DNA of 64,000 bases from an uncultured Kofleriaceae bacterium (GCA_964419605.1 CAYQQM010000001.1:51620-115619); one strand, 5' to 3'; positions 18,830-29,336 are shown, counted from the first letter of the stretch. Numbers and translations: made by a program. Notes: generated from the sequence alone by a model not told the origin.

Positions 18830-21196
18830 TTGCTGAAAATGCTAGTCACCGTGAGAGGGTACGCCCCAGCTGTGGACGGCAACGCGAGTGCTTTGGTGAT
18901 GCAGGCTTTATCCAAGTTGGCAAGCTGGTTACGGCCCCGACCTCAGCTGTTGTTCGCGCTCATCACTGTTTGTTCTACCGTAGTGGTAACGTGGGAGTTT
19001 GCGCGGCAATTTTCGGTCTACGTGCCCACTACGCACGTCGACGGGGCGTTCCAAACGGCAAGTGGCTTGTTTAGGCTCGATGACGGCCAGGTTTTCGGCC
19101 GCGATTTTCAGACATACATCGGTGCTGGCGTTCTGTTATCGCTGTTCCCGTTGTTCGCCCTGTTTGGCGCAACACTTTCTGCGAGCCTGCAAGCGGCGCA
19201 TTGTCTCGCACTGGTAGCCGGCGCGGTCCCGGTTGCCATTCTTACCGCGTTGCGGTTTCATCACCACCGCCACGTCAAGCGGATCGCCTCGTTTGCATTC
19301 GTCGCAGTTGTGTGTGTGGTGTCGGTTTGTTTTGCGGACCTGCCAGCATTTCTCCAAGAGAGGGTATTTCCGGGAAATAGTCTCCGCCCTCTACGATCGC
19401 TCGTCGCATATTGGAGCAGTTTCGCAGCGGTTTACGTGTTGTCATCGTCTCTGTCCCAGCGGCTCCGCGCTTGTGCGGTTGGTGCGATCATGGGGGCCTG
19501 CCTACTATGGTCAAACGACTTGGGACCAGCAACGGCGGCGGTCCTTGGCCTTCTGCTGCTGATCGATGCGGTATGGCGTCGGCAACGAGTGGCGATCACC
19601 ATCGCGTGGGCGGGTGTAAGCTGCACAGGACTGAGCTTTTTGCTGTTGACGCTAGTCACGGGTGGCCATCCGCTCGCACTGATTCGCTATAGTCTTGATG
19701 TTGCGCACGATCAGTACTGGTACTTTGATTCCTGGCACTTTGACCAGCATCCGACCGCATGGCGCTTGCTGAAGCTCGTTACCGACACGACGCACGGCGC
19801 ATGGTTCTTGGTCCCGGTGTTCACGTGGCAGGCGTGGCGCCGGCGCGACTTATTCCAAATGACATCGTCGCTCATCGGGCTGGCCGCGCTTCTGGGCGGA
19901 ATCATCGCAACCTGGGGCGGTCATTTTGAGGGTGGCTACTTTGCCAGTTTCAACTACTGGGTAGTCATTCAGCTGGCACTGAATGCCGTGGTTGGCACTG
20001 CGCGCGCGTCTGCCGCGCTCGAACAACGCGTGCCACAACTCAGGTCGATTGTATCCTGCTGGAACTCTTCGCCATTTCGACGATGGGCCCCGCGTATCGG
20101 CTTGTTGGCCGCTCTCGGATATTCGTGGATTAACGTTCGCGAACGAGTACGTGAAACGGAAACAACGGCAAGAACCAACGCTGAACTATTCTATGTACCC
20201 GAGCTTGGAGGGTATCTCGACAATGCATGGCGCGATCACGTTGAGTTTGCGCGAAAGCACCGCGGAATTCTGGAAGAGTACTGGGGACTGGCAAGCGCGA
20301 TCACGAGGGAACGATCGGGGGTACGTGTCGATTCAGTGATTCACGCGCTCGGCTCAGAGCGAGCCAAATTCGCTTCGAGCGTGCTGGTACACCCCTACGT
20401 GATCACAACCGCCCATACGTTCACGCTCGAATGGCAGACCTGGAATACGTCTGCAAATTGGTGGTTCTATCGGCCGCTACGAGAAAACTATACTGTGCGA
20501 CCGCTATCGCCAACTACACTACTATGGACAAGAGATCCGACAACGCATGACGAGGTTTGGGCGGACGCGTTGTGCGAAGTCACAGTGGAACAAGGCGCTG
20601 GAGCATTGCGAATCCACGGCGACCCTGGGTATTACGAGGTAACTCTAAACGGGACGGTGAAGCCGCCTCGACGTGGAATCGTGAAAATCAAAAACTTTCT
20701 CACCGGCCGCGGTGCTGGATACCTTGCGCTTGATCCCGGAGCCAGTACGCACCGTTTTCCGGCACGTATTCCGCCCTACGGCAATGGAACGTTGCGATTC
20801 GATGTGATGGACCCGAGCAACCGCAAGGCGAAGTACAAGGCCACGCAAGGCTTTTCTTGCACCGCTCGCACCGCCAGTAATTGGCAGCCGGAAGCATTCC
20901 CACCCTCTGGCACACCGCTCGAGATTGTCGACGCAAATTGGAACAAGGGGTACGGGCGAGCAAGCGCTGCAATTGTGCTCGAGTACTCGCGTGAGGCTCA
21001 GCACTACTACCGACCTGGGAGAACCGTCCTGTTTGCCAATGGCATGCGGCGTAGGATCACTGACAACCCGGGTGTCGACCCGTATCTGAATGTGTATTTT
21101 GAAGGCGAACCGTTCGGGCCGGAGGCTGGGGCAGGCAACGTCATTGAGGCGGTCTCCGTCGATGGGAAACCTCCAAATTGGGCTCCTAAGCCATGA
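18830..21196 (+). CDS. Large polytopic membrane protein with a C-terminal soluble domain of roughly 350 aa (function unknown)
   Basis: 788-aa ORF with a multi-helix N-terminal half. Its stop overlaps the start of the next gene (ATGA at 21193-21196). The true start may be the ATG at 18899 (MQALSKLASW...). Confidence 0.7.
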   Translation: MLKMLVTVRGYAPAVDGNASALVMQALSKLASWLRPRPQLLFALITVCSTVVVTWEFARQFSVYVPTTHVDGAFQTASGLFRLDDGQVFGRDFQTYIGAGVLLSLFPLFALFGATLSASLQAAHCLALVAGAVPVAILTALRFHHHRHVKRIASFAFVAVVCVVSVCFADLPAFLQERVFPGNSLRPLRSLVAYWSSFAAVYVLSSSLSQRLRACAVGAIMGACLLWSNDLGPATAAVLGLLLLIDAVWRRQRVAITIAWAGVSCTGLSFLLLTLVTGGHPLALIRYSLDVAHDQYWYFDSWHFDQHPTAWRLLKLVTDTTHGAWFLVPVFTWQAWRRRDLFQMTSSLIGLAALLGGIIATWGGHFEGGYFASFNYWVVIQLALNAVVGTARASAALEQRVPQLRSIVSCWNSSPFRRWAPRIGLLAALGYSWINVRERVRETETTARTNAELFYVPELGGYLDNAWRDHVEFARKHRGILEEYWGLASAITRERSGVRVDSVIHALGSERAKFASSVLVHPYVITTAHTFTLEWQTWNTSANWWFYRPLRENYTVRPLSPTTLLWTRDPTTHDEVWADALCEVTVEQGAGALRIHGDPGYYEVTLNGTVKPPRRGIVKIKNFLTGRGAGYLALDPGASTHRFPARIPPYGNGTLRFDVMDPSNRKAKYKATQGFSCTARTASNWQPEAFPPSGTPLEIVDANWNKGYGRASAAIVLEYSREAQHYYRPGRTVLFANGMRRRITDNPGVDPYLNVYFEGEPFGPEAGAGNVIEAVSVDGKPPNWAPKP

Positions 21197-23124
21197 CCAA
21201 CACTTCCTTACCTCGTTTCGAAACGCGATGGCGATCGTTTTGGATTAGCGGTCTTGCAGGTTTTGCCCTGTTATGGGCAACCGGCGCTCTGTCTGATCCA
21301 CGAACACTGTATACGTCATTACCATTCTTTCGCGCACAGGTATTTGCGCTGATGGAAGGCCGACTTTCGTTGTCGTCAAACCCGCTGGGCTTGATGCATG
21401 ACCTTGTTTGGGCTGACGGCGTGCACCAAACTTGGGGCCTAGGAATACCGCTGCTCACGCTGCCGTTTGAGGCTCTCGGACGACTGTTCGGCTTTGTGGC
21501 GTTTCCCGATCGACTGGTGCTTTTGATTTACTTAATCGGAACACTATTTTTCGTTCGCCGCACTTGCTTGTTCATTACCCCTTCGCGCTGGAAGCAAGCA
21601 GGCCTGCTGTTTGGGGTCGTGGCTTGCCCAGCGCTGGTTGCCATGTTGAAGGCGCGCTTTGCGGTTTACGAGGAAACCATTTTGTACGTGTATCTCGCGA
21701 ACCTGTGGCTCGCGTCTTGCCTCGTTCGCATGCGATTCGATCGAGCGCGACGCTGGTACGTCGTCGGCTGTGCAATTGCCGGCGTTTCAGTCTTCATCCG
21801 GCCGACGCAATTATTTGCTGCCGCCGCGCTCTGGGGCATCGCGACGGCCTATTTGTTGTGGCAGCAGCGCGATCGCAGATCGCTGGTCATCGCTGTTGTC
21901 GGCAGCTTGGTGTTTTCCGCCCAGGTCGGTGCGGTTGCATGGACCAATTACGCAAAATTCGGATCGCCGGTCGAGTTTGGCCATTCGCTCGCCGTGCACG
22001 ATTTACCTGGAAACATCTACGCGACGCGCTTCGATTACCCGTTTCGGCATATTGGGTTTGCCACGGCCGCCAAAGACCTCGTCGGTGGACTGCTAGGACG
22101 CCCCGAGCGAGCGTGGAAATTACGTAAGTTCTACCAACGCGACTTGCATTTTTGGCAAGCGCCCGACGTGCGCTGGCGAGACTACTACTTCACGGTAATG
22201 GATTTCACTTGGCTGCCCTTGTTGGTACTTGGCGCGTTTGCGCTGGCGCGAAACCGAAGCTATCGCGTATTGGGCGCTTGGACAGCGGTTACGTTGGCCG
22301 GCGTTCTGGCGTTCTATCTTCGTTCGCCGAGCGCATCGTCGCGCTACTACATGGACGCCGGCCTACCGTTCGCGCTCTTGGTCATCGCTGGTGGCTGGCA
22401 ATTCCTTGCGTGGGCGCATTCTCGACCGATGCAATACGGCGCTGTGGCCGTACTCGCCATATGGTGGCTGCACGCGTTTTTTGCGATTCGGGTAAGAGTC
22501 CCTTATGCGCGCGGACTTAGTCGCAAGAATGCGCTGGAAGCGACGTACAACATAACGCGGCCCGATGGCGAATATTTGGCTTTGGGGACGGTGTATGATC
22601 GAACGGACGCGAACCTCGTGCGGCTGTTCGGTCGCGATACGCTGGATCGGGAGTATCGCCGAAAAGCGATAGACTTCACGGCGCGCTATGTCGACTACAC
22701 GATCAGAAGGACCGCTTGCGATCAGGCACACAGCGACGGCGCCTTCTGCCCAGACGAGGATCCGCCAGAGCGTCCAGAGCGCTTGGGTATGCTGCAAGAC
22801 AACGGCACGAAGTGGAATCTAGAGACTGGTGAAGTCCCACCGGGCACACTGTTTTTCGTCGAAAAGCCCGATCACCTGGCGTTAACTCTTGAGGGTGAAT
22901 ACCCGGACGAGGTCATCCGTACTCAGGTTCGCGCCCGTCTCGGATTGATCGAGCTCGCGCAAACTGCAATCGAGCGCCACGCTGGAACGGCAGTCGTTCG
23001 GTTTGCAGTCCCTGCCCACCTCCAAACAAAGGGTCTGCAAGTCGTATTCTTGGCATTCGGTCCACCTAGCGCACTCGACAAGTCGTCATCGGGATTCAAG
23101 CTGAAGCGCGTGGAATGGCGGTAG
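21193..23124 (+). CDS. Polytopic membrane protein, paralog A (GT-C-fold glycosyltransferase-like; inference)
   Basis: 643 aa. It aligns along its whole length with 23566..25401. Examples: HDLVWADGVHQTWGLGIPL vs HDLVWTESGVQHAWGLGVPL; FAVYEETILYVY vs LGVYEEAAIYAY; LPGNIYATRFDYPF vs LPGNIVATRFGYPF; GLQVVFLAFGP vs GLQVVFVAFGP. Confidence 0.7.
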   Translation: MTNTSLPRFETRWRSFWISGLAGFALLWATGALSDPRTLYTSLPFFRAQVFALMEGRLSLSSNPLGLMHDLVWADGVHQTWGLGIPLLTLPFEALGRLFGFVAFPDRLVLLIYLIGTLFFVRRTCLFITPSRWKQAGLLFGVVACPALVAMLKARFAVYEETILYVYLANLWLASCLVRMRFDRARRWYVVGCAIAGVSVFIRPTQLFAAAALWGIATAYLLWQQRDRRSLVIAVVGSLVFSAQVGAVAWTNYAKFGSPVEFGHSLAVHDLPGNIYATRFDYPFRHIGFATAAKDLVGGLLGRPERAWKLRKFYQRDLHFWQAPDVRWRDYYFTVMDFTWLPLLVLGAFALARNRSYRVLGAWTAVTLAGVLAFYLRSPSASSRYYMDAGLPFALLVIAGGWQFLAWAHSRPMQYGAVAVLAIWWLHAFFAIRVRVPYARGLSRKNALEATYNITRPDGEYLALGTVYDRTDANLVRLFGRDTLDREYRRKAIDFTARYVDYTIRRTACDQAHSDGAFCPDEDPPERPERLGMLQDNGTKWNLETGEVPPGTLFFVEKPDHLALTLEGEYPDEVIRTQVRARLGLIELAQTAIERHAGTAVVRFAVPAHLQTKGLQVVFLAFGPPSALDKSSSGFKLKRVEWR

Positions 23125-23274
23125 CCCAAGCAACCCGAAGCGATCTTTTGCGACTTCGTCTGCATTGAGGTACTCAACGTCGTCGCTCCACCGATCTTGC
23201 CGCAAGCGCTTTGTGACAGTCGTCTTTCCTGATCCATTAGGCCCGGCTACGAGTAGAAGTTCAGGGCGCTTCAT
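23086..23274 (-). pseudogene. Truncated zeta-toxin-like / AAA P-loop kinase gene (N-terminal 62 codons only)
   Basis: MKRPELLLVAGPNGSGKTTVTKRL...YLNADEVAKD is the Walker-A N-terminus of a zeta-like P-loop protein. The frame stops after 62 codons, and its last 39 nt are antisense to the end of paralog A. Confidence 0.5.
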
Positions 23275-23569
23275 TACGGCCGACCTCAGTAGAGGGGAGG
23301 TCTTTCAGTTGGGGGGCATGTGCGCGCATGCGTTCATAAACGTCCGCTAGGAATTTCGTGAGAACGGCCTCCCGTTGCTCTCGTTCATCGGCAAACGCTC
23401 TCCGCATCAATGTTGCGAATTCTTCGTCGGTCGGTTCGAAATCTGGATCGGAAAGATCAATCTTGCGAACGTGTTGACTGTCCAGGCGGCTCACCAGGCA
23501 AGTATATCGCAAAGCAAGTGCTGCCGCTTCGGCTGTTTTTGGGGAGAAAAGAGACGGCGAACGGGTCAC
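23261..23569 (-). CDS. Small ORF upstream of the zeta-like relic; possible antitoxin remnant
   Basis: 102-aa ORF that overlaps the relic start by 14 nt. Its GTG at 23569 overlaps the stop of paralog B (GTGA). Acidic helical sequence (DLSDPDFEPTDEEFATLMRRAFADEREQ). No family recognised. Confidence 0.35.
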   Translation of the reverse strand: MTRSPSLFSPKTAEAAALALRYTCLVSRLDSQHVRKIDLSDPDFEPTDEEFATLMRRAFADEREQREAVLTKFLADVYERMRAHAPQLKDLPSTEVGRNEAP

Positions 23570-25401
23570 TCCCGCCAGCGAATCGAACGTAAGATGTGAT
23601 CGCTGACGGGGCGGTCGAGGTGGTCGGCAGGGCCAAATGCGACAAAAACAACCTGGAGGCCGTGCCGCGGCCGCGGCAACGCAAATCGCGCTCGCACCGT
23701 CTCGCCCAGTCGCTGAGAACTGACCAGGACCAGATGATCGAGTCCAATCGCAACCTGCACCGTGCGCGAGAGGTCTTCCGGTGGTGTTGCTCCAGCTGGA
23801 GCGAGCTCAAGCTCGATGAATTGGGGATCGTTGACAAAAAAATGCGTCGCTGGAGGCACGCGCCCCGTCGCCTGGTCCCAGCCGATGCCGTTCAGGTATA
23901 GACCGTGGGGACGTTCGCTCGCCTGGTTGGCAATCCAGTCTCGATCGCCCAACACGTACGATGCGGGGAATTGTCTGGATTCAGCGGGCGCGTCGGTAAT
24001 CGATCGAGTGGTCTGAAGCGCCGTGTGGGCGTTCACTGGATCGCCGGCAATGCGTTTGCGCACGCGGCTCGTCCCGACAGCGACGATCCATAGTAGGCAA
24101 ATGGCAATGATCGCGACTCGCTCGCGCCGCTGTGCTGCGGCCCATTGTAATAGCGCAAACCACGCGATCAATAGTAGTGCCACAAAGCCGGGCGCAAAGT
24201 CGAGCTGATAGCGCGAGGATACGCTCGGAGCTCGCACGTAGAATGCGACAAGCGGCGCGATGGCCGCCACGGCCCACACACCCAACCAACGCGCGAGTCG
24301 GGTAGTGCCGCCTTGCCCAACATCGTCGGATGCAGCGTCCTTGCGGCGAGGTCGCCAGGCACGGGCGGCGATCACTACGCCACACAAGATGAGCGGCAGG
24401 TACGGCCATGAGTAGGTCGAAAAATAGTACTCACGCCAGCGGACTCGTTCAGATTGTCCAACATGCAATTGCCGGCCGTAAAACGTCTTTGCGCGAGCTA
24501 TTTCTGGCCGTCCAAATAGGCTGCCTACTAGTTCTACAGCCGCTTCTCCGATTCCGGCGTCTTGGAACGGATAGCCGAACCGAGTCGCAACGATGTTGCC
24601 GGGGAGAGAATGGATGGTTAGCCGGTAGCCAAACTCCGTCGCTGCGCCGAACCGCGACTTATTCGCGACGATCTGCACTCCGGCCAGTGCTGCAAATACA
24701 CATAGACCGGCGATCGTCGCCGCCCGCCGCCTCGGCGCTGTTCCCGTCCACACGACGACTCCCCCAACGATGCCAGTGGCAACGCCGTAGCACCATACCG
24801 TCGGCCGAATGAGCCCTGCTGCGCCGGCCAGCGCACACAGCGCCAGATATTTGCCGGCCGACGGCGCACGGATGCAGGACGCCAAGCCGCCCAGCATCAT
24901 CAGGCAACCGCAGTAGGCATAGATCGCCGCTTCCTCGTAAACCCCAAGCCGCCCCCGCACCATCGCAACAAATCCCGGTAGCAGGACGGTCATGAGCAGC
25001 AGCGGCATCGCGTGCCACCACCGAGCTGCCGGCAGCAATCCTCGCAATACGACGACGACAGTCAATGCCAACCACAGGGCCAACGCGATCCGGTCAGGAA
25101 ATTCTCGCCCGACAACGCTCCACATCGCTTGAAACGGCGCCAGCCACAGCGGAACCCCGAGCCCCCACGCGTGTTGAACACCGGATTCGGTCCACACCAG
25201 ATCGTGCGCCAAACCCTCAGGGTGCGTGCTCATTGCCAGCTCGCCGTGCAACAGCGCATCGACCTGGGCGCGGTACACGCCATTGCGCGCGAACATCGAT
25301 GCTCCAGTGAGCTGGCCAGTAACGGTGAAGAGACCGATCGCGATGCATAACCCAATTGCGAACGTCCGTCCTCGGGCAGTCCAGGTTTGCGTCGCGATCA
25401 C
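23566..25401 (-). CDS. Polytopic membrane protein, paralog B (GT-C-fold glycosyltransferase-like; inference)
   Basis: 611 aa, homologous end to end with 21193..23124 (see that entry). Confidence 0.7.
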   Translation of the reverse strand: MIATQTWTARGRTFAIGLCIAIGLFTVTGQLTGASMFARNGVYRAQVDALLHGELAMSTHPEGLAHDLVWTESGVQHAWGLGVPLWLAPFQAMWSVVGREFPDRIALALWLALTVVVVLRGLLPAARWWHAMPLLLMTVLLPGFVAMVRGRLGVYEEAAIYAYCGCLMMLGGLASCIRAPSAGKYLALCALAGAAGLIRPTVWCYGVATGIVGGVVVWTGTAPRRRAATIAGLCVFAALAGVQIVANKSRFGAATEFGYRLTIHSLPGNIVATRFGYPFQDAGIGEAAVELVGSLFGRPEIARAKTFYGRQLHVGQSERVRWREYYFSTYSWPYLPLILCGVVIAARAWRPRRKDAASDDVGQGGTTRLARWLGVWAVAAIAPLVAFYVRAPSVSSRYQLDFAPGFVALLLIAWFALLQWAAAQRRERVAIIAICLLWIVAVGTSRVRKRIAGDPVNAHTALQTTRSITDAPAESRQFPASYVLGDRDWIANQASERPHGLYLNGIGWDQATGRVPPATHFFVNDPQFIELELAPAGATPPEDLSRTVQVAIGLDHLVLVSSQRLGETVRARFALPRPRHGLQVVFVAFGPADHLDRPVSDHILRSIRWRE

Positions 25402-25588
25402 GGCACCTTATAGAGTCGGTGACCCCGTTGCCGCAAGCTGCTGCCATGGCAGGAGAAACGACATTCGTGTCATACCTTGGTCGACTTCGGAGCCTGTTTG
25501 TGTCGCAGCTCACTCGCTGCGCGGCGCTTACCGGTGTGGGTTCGCATGGTTCTTGACTCGTCTTCAAACGATCTGATATCCGAGGGAA

Positions 25589-26602
25589 ATGGTTCCGGGC
25601 GGCCTGTTCGTTTCGTGCGTAGTCGCCCTATCGCGGTATTCGGCTCGAGTCACCGAATCCATCAGCAACTTATGTCGGCTGTTTGATTCGATGGAGTGCG
25701 ACTACGAAATCGTTACGGTAGTGAATGGTCCGCTCCCAGGTGTAGAGGTAGCGCTGCGAGACCTAACCGCGGAGGCGGGACTGGCAAATGTTCAGGTCGT
25801 GGGACTCGCGCAGGAAGTCGATCCAGACATGGCGACGTGGGCGGGTGTCGAGCACTGCATCGGCGACGCTGTGATCGTGTTTGACGCAGCGTTCGACGAC
25901 CCGGCATGCCTACCGGAGATCGTCAACCAGATTAAGAGTGGGTACGATGTCGTACTCGTGCAATCGCCAACACAAAAGGTCCCGTTGCGTTTCCGATTGC
26001 TGCAGAGCGCGTATCACCGCCTGTTTGGATGGCTTAACGGAGTCGACCTAAAGAACGATGCCCCGCGATTTCGCGGCGTGCGGCGCAATGTGGTTACCCA
26101 CTCTCAGCAGTTCGCACTGCCCAGTCTCGCGTTTCGACATCTTCCTGCATCGCCTCATTTTCGCTCGACTACGATTTCTGGTGGCAAGGGAGCATCCGAG
26201 CGTTTTGCGTTGCCGCTCATTGGCAGTGTCGACCGGGGAATCCAAACGCTCGTCGCTGCATCGACCGCGCCGCTGCGGATCGCCACTTCGGCGTGCCTTC
26301 TCGGCGCGTTCGCGAATATGTTCTACGTGCTGTACGTGTTCTTGGTGTTTTTGCTTAAGAAAGATATGGCACCTGGCTGGGCGTCTTTGTCGCTGCAGCA
26401 ATCCGGCCTGTTTTTCCTCGTTTCGATCGTATTATTCGTTTTCGGTGAGTATTTGCTGCACATCGTACGCTTGACGCATCGCGGCCCGCAGTATCACGTC
26501 GCGTACCAGCTGCAGAGCAAACTCATCAAACATCGCGACCGGCTCAATATCGTGAAGGGTGGTCTCGATGCATCCGACCCGTCTGTCGCACTGAGCTCAT
26601 GA
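25589..26602 (+). CDS. Family-2 glycosyltransferase with C-terminal TM helices (polyprenyl-phosphate sugar synthase type, GtrB/ArnC/DPM1-like)
   Basis: N-terminal GT-A fold segments (YEIVTVVNG, AVIVFDAAFDDP, GYDVVLVQS, FRGVRRNVV) plus two C-terminal hydrophobic helices (LLGAFANMFYVLYVFLVFLL, GLFFLVSIVLFVFGEYLL). Confidence 0.7.
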   Translation: MVPGGLFVSCVVALSRYSARVTESISNLCRLFDSMECDYEIVTVVNGPLPGVEVALRDLTAEAGLANVQVVGLAQEVDPDMATWAGVEHCIGDAVIVFDAAFDDPACLPEIVNQIKSGYDVVLVQSPTQKVPLRFRLLQSAYHRLFGWLNGVDLKNDAPRFRGVRRNVVTHSQQFALPSLAFRHLPASPHFRSTTISGGKGASERFALPLIGSVDRGIQTLVAASTAPLRIATSACLLGAFANMFYVLYVFLVFLLKKDMAPGWASLSLQQSGLFFLVSIVLFVFGEYLLHIVRLTHRGPQYHVAYQLQSKLIKHRDRLNIVKGGLDASDPSVALSS

Positions 26603-27705
26603 TCGCATACGACGCGGTGGTGATCGGCGGCGGCCTATACGGCACAAGCGTTGCCTCCTATTTGGTGCGAGCTCGGCATCAAAAACGGGTCGCCCTAGTC
26701 GAGCGCGCCACCGACCTATTGCAGCACGCGTCGCGCCACAATCAAGCGCGCGTGCACGCGGGATACCACTATCCGCGCAACTTCACGACCGCGTTTCGCA
26801 GTCGCGCCAATTTCGATCGGTTCGTCAGCGAGTTTCGCGAGGCCGTTTATCGCGACTACGTGTCGCTGTACGCAATCGCTCAGCACGGGTCCTTTGTGTC
26901 TGCCGAACAATTCTACCGGTTCTGCGTCAGTATTGGCGCCGATATCAAAGAAGCGCCAAACGAACTATCGCGCCTATTTAACCCGGCACAAATCGAGCGT
27001 GTGTTCCTGACAACGGAATATGCCTTTGATGCCAACGCACTCAGAACCCGGGCCCGACAGCAGCTGACGGAAGACCGCGTAGACCTCCTGTTGGGCACAA
27101 CAGTCACCCAAGTGTCGAACCAGGCCAATGGAATCGGCGTGACGACAACGGCTCAAGGCCAATCCACGCAACTGCGTGCGAATCACGTTTTCAACTGCAC
27201 ATACAGCGGTCTCAATACGATATGGGGCGGCCAGAAATTGCTCGAGACAGGCCTCAAACACGAGATCACTGAAATGGCGATTGTCCACGTGCCTCCCCCG
27301 CTGCGGACGATCGGAATCACGGTCATGGATGGCCCGTTTTTTTCCTGTATGCCCCATCCGACCGTTTCCGGAACGCATTCGCTGTCGCACGTGTCGTACA
27401 CGCCGCACAGCCATTGGAACGACAACGGCTCCAATCCCTATGAGCGCCTCGCTGAGTATGCCGGCGGCAGCCGAGCGGAACTGATGGTGCGAGCAGCGGC
27501 GCGTTACGTGCCCCTGCTCGCCGAAACCAAGGTCCAAGGAGCGTTCAGAGAGGTCAAGACCGTGTTGGTTCGCAACGAGGGCGACGACGGTCGGCCGATC
27601 TTGTTTGAACGACATCCCGACATACCGAACTGCTATTCGATCCTAGGCAGCAAGATCGACAACATCTACGATGTGTTACAAGTACTCGATGAACTTCCGA
27701 TGTAG
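26599..27705 (+). CDS. FAD-dependent oxidoreductase (DAO-like)
   Basis: MIAYDAVVIGGGLYGTSVASYL...VALVER is a dinucleotide-binding N-terminus. ATGA overlap with the upstream GT2 gene. Confidence 0.8.
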   Translation: MIAYDAVVIGGGLYGTSVASYLVRARHQKRVALVERATDLLQHASRHNQARVHAGYHYPRNFTTAFRSRANFDRFVSEFREAVYRDYVSLYAIAQHGSFVSAEQFYRFCVSIGADIKEAPNELSRLFNPAQIERVFLTTEYAFDANALRTRARQQLTEDRVDLLLGTTVTQVSNQANGIGVTTTAQGQSTQLRANHVFNCTYSGLNTIWGGQKLLETGLKHEITEMAIVHVPPPLRTIGITVMDGPFFSCMPHPTVSGTHSLSHVSYTPHSHWNDNGSNPYERLAEYAGGSRAELMVRAAARYVPLLAETKVQGAFREVKTVLVRNEGDDGRPILFERHPDIPNCYSILGSKIDNIYDVLQVLDELPM

Positions 27706-28497
27706 GTGGCAATGATTGGGAACAGTGCACTGATTGGGCATACCGGATTTGTGGGCAGCACGTTGATGCGGCAGCGCACGTTTGCGGCGCACTTCAACTC
27801 ATCCACCATTGCTCAGATTCGAGGGCAACGGTTCGACACCGTGATATGCGCGGGCGCTCCAGCGCAAAAGTGGATCGCAAACAAAGATCCGCAGGCAGAC
27901 CGCAACAATCTTGAGACTCTCATGGGTCACCTCAGCGAGATGACCTGTTCAACGTTTGTATTGATCAGCACGGTCGATGTATTTGCGAACTCTCGCGGCA
28001 AGACGGAGGCATCCGATGTAACGGAGGGCAACTCCGAGCCGTACGGGTTACACCGATATCAACTTGAAATGTTTGCGAAGAAGCGCTTTGCCCGCTGTTT
28101 GGTGATTCGGCTGCCCGGGTTGGTAGGACCCGGGCTACGCAAGAATGTCATTTACGATTTCGCTCACAACAATCGCCTAGAGTTCATTGATGCTCGCGGT
28201 GTGTTTCAGTTCTATCCCATGGTCAATTTGAGCAGCGATATTCAAACAGCGCTCGAATGCGGGCTTGATCTGGTACATCTCACAGCGGAGCCGATCAGTG
28301 TGGGCGATGTCGCACGCGAAGGTTTTGGCATGGCCTTCACAAACGTTACTGCGAATGCGCCTGCCGAGTATGACTTTCAGACCGCCCACGCCGAAGCGTT
28401 TGGCGGGCGGGGTCGCTATACCTATAACCGCCGCGAATCGCTTCTTGCCATTCGCGCGTACGCGCAGCATACGCGCGAACCACGTCAGTCACCGTGA
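27706..28497 (+). CDS. NAD(P)-binding Rossmann protein (epimerase/dehydratase/reductase-like short SDR)
   Basis: N-terminus ALIGHTGFVGSTL (GxxGxxG) and a later YGLHRYQLE segment (YxxxK-like position). It starts directly after the upstream stop. Confidence 0.65.
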   Translation: MAMIGNSALIGHTGFVGSTLMRQRTFAAHFNSSTIAQIRGQRFDTVICAGAPAQKWIANKDPQADRNNLETLMGHLSEMTCSTFVLISTVDVFANSRGKTEASDVTEGNSEPYGLHRYQLEMFAKKRFARCLVIRLPGLVGPGLRKNVIYDFAHNNRLEFIDARGVFQFYPMVNLSSDIQTALECGLDLVHLTAEPISVGDVAREGFGMAFTNVTANAPAEYDFQTAHAEAFGGRGRYTYNRRESLLAIRAYAQHTREPRQSP

Positions 28498-29336
28498 CCG
28501 GTCTTTCAATATCTAATATTGCCTGGGATGTCGGGCTCGATGCGCAGGTCGCGGAGCTCCTCCGCGAAGTGGGAGTCTCGGCGATTGATATCGCACCTGG
28601 CAAATACTTCCCAAACATTGCCGAAGCCTCGGATCGAGACATCGATGCCGTTCGAAGCGTGTGGGAACAGCGCGGCATTCGCATCGTCGGAATGCAGGCG
28701 CTGCTGTTCGGTACAACGAACCTGAATTTGTTCGGCGATGCCGCGACCCAAGCCCGCATGCTGGCCCACTTGGCCTCGGTGTGTCGGATCGCGAAGGGGC
28801 TTGGCGCGGCCAACCTTACATTTGGATCGCCGAAAAATCGAGATTGCTCCGTAATTTCAGCCATTTCGGTACGGCACGTATACCTGGACTTCTTTCGACG
28901 GCTCGGCGACATCGCCGAATCGCACGATGTCGCGATTTGCCTCGAGCCCAACCCAACGCGGTATCAAAGCAATTTCATGACGACCACGCTCGAAGCGCTT
29001 GCTGTGGTGCGCCAGGTGAATTCGCGAGGCATTCGGCTGCAGCTCGATACCGGTGCGCTCCTGATCAATGGCGAAGAACCGGCCACGATCCTTGCGGAAT
29101 GCGCAGGTGCGGTAGGTCATGTCCATCTCAGTGAGCCCGATTTGGTCCCGCTTGGAACCACCGGCGCACCCCACGACCGCGTTGCTGCAGCACTGCACTC
29201 CTCTCCGCCGGATGCGCGTTATCGAACGATCGAGATGTTGGTAAAAGATCCGGAGCCGCTTCCCATTCTTCGGTCTGCGTTAGCATTTGCAAAACGGACT
29301 TATCTGGACTCTGGCACTGCCCAAAAACCATCATGA
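28494..29336 (+). CDS. Sugar-phosphate isomerase/epimerase-type TIM-barrel protein (xylose-isomerase-like fold)
   Basis: 280 aa. Pattern GVSAIDIAPGKYF...GIRIVGMQALLF...LGAANLTFGSPKNR...ICLEPNP...LQLDTGAL...HVHLSEPD. GTGA overlap upstream and ATGA overlap downstream. Confidence 0.7.
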   Translation: MTGLSISNIAWDVGLDAQVAELLREVGVSAIDIAPGKYFPNIAEASDRDIDAVRSVWEQRGIRIVGMQALLFGTTNLNLFGDAATQARMLAHLASVCRIAKGLGAANLTFGSPKNRDCSVISAISVRHVYLDFFRRLGDIAESHDVAICLEPNPTRYQSNFMTTTLEALAVVRQVNSRGIRLQLDTGALLINGEEPATILAECAGAVGHVHLSEPDLVPLGTTGAPHDRVAAALHSSPPDARYRTIEMLVKDPEPLPILRSALAFAKRTYLDSGTAQKPS

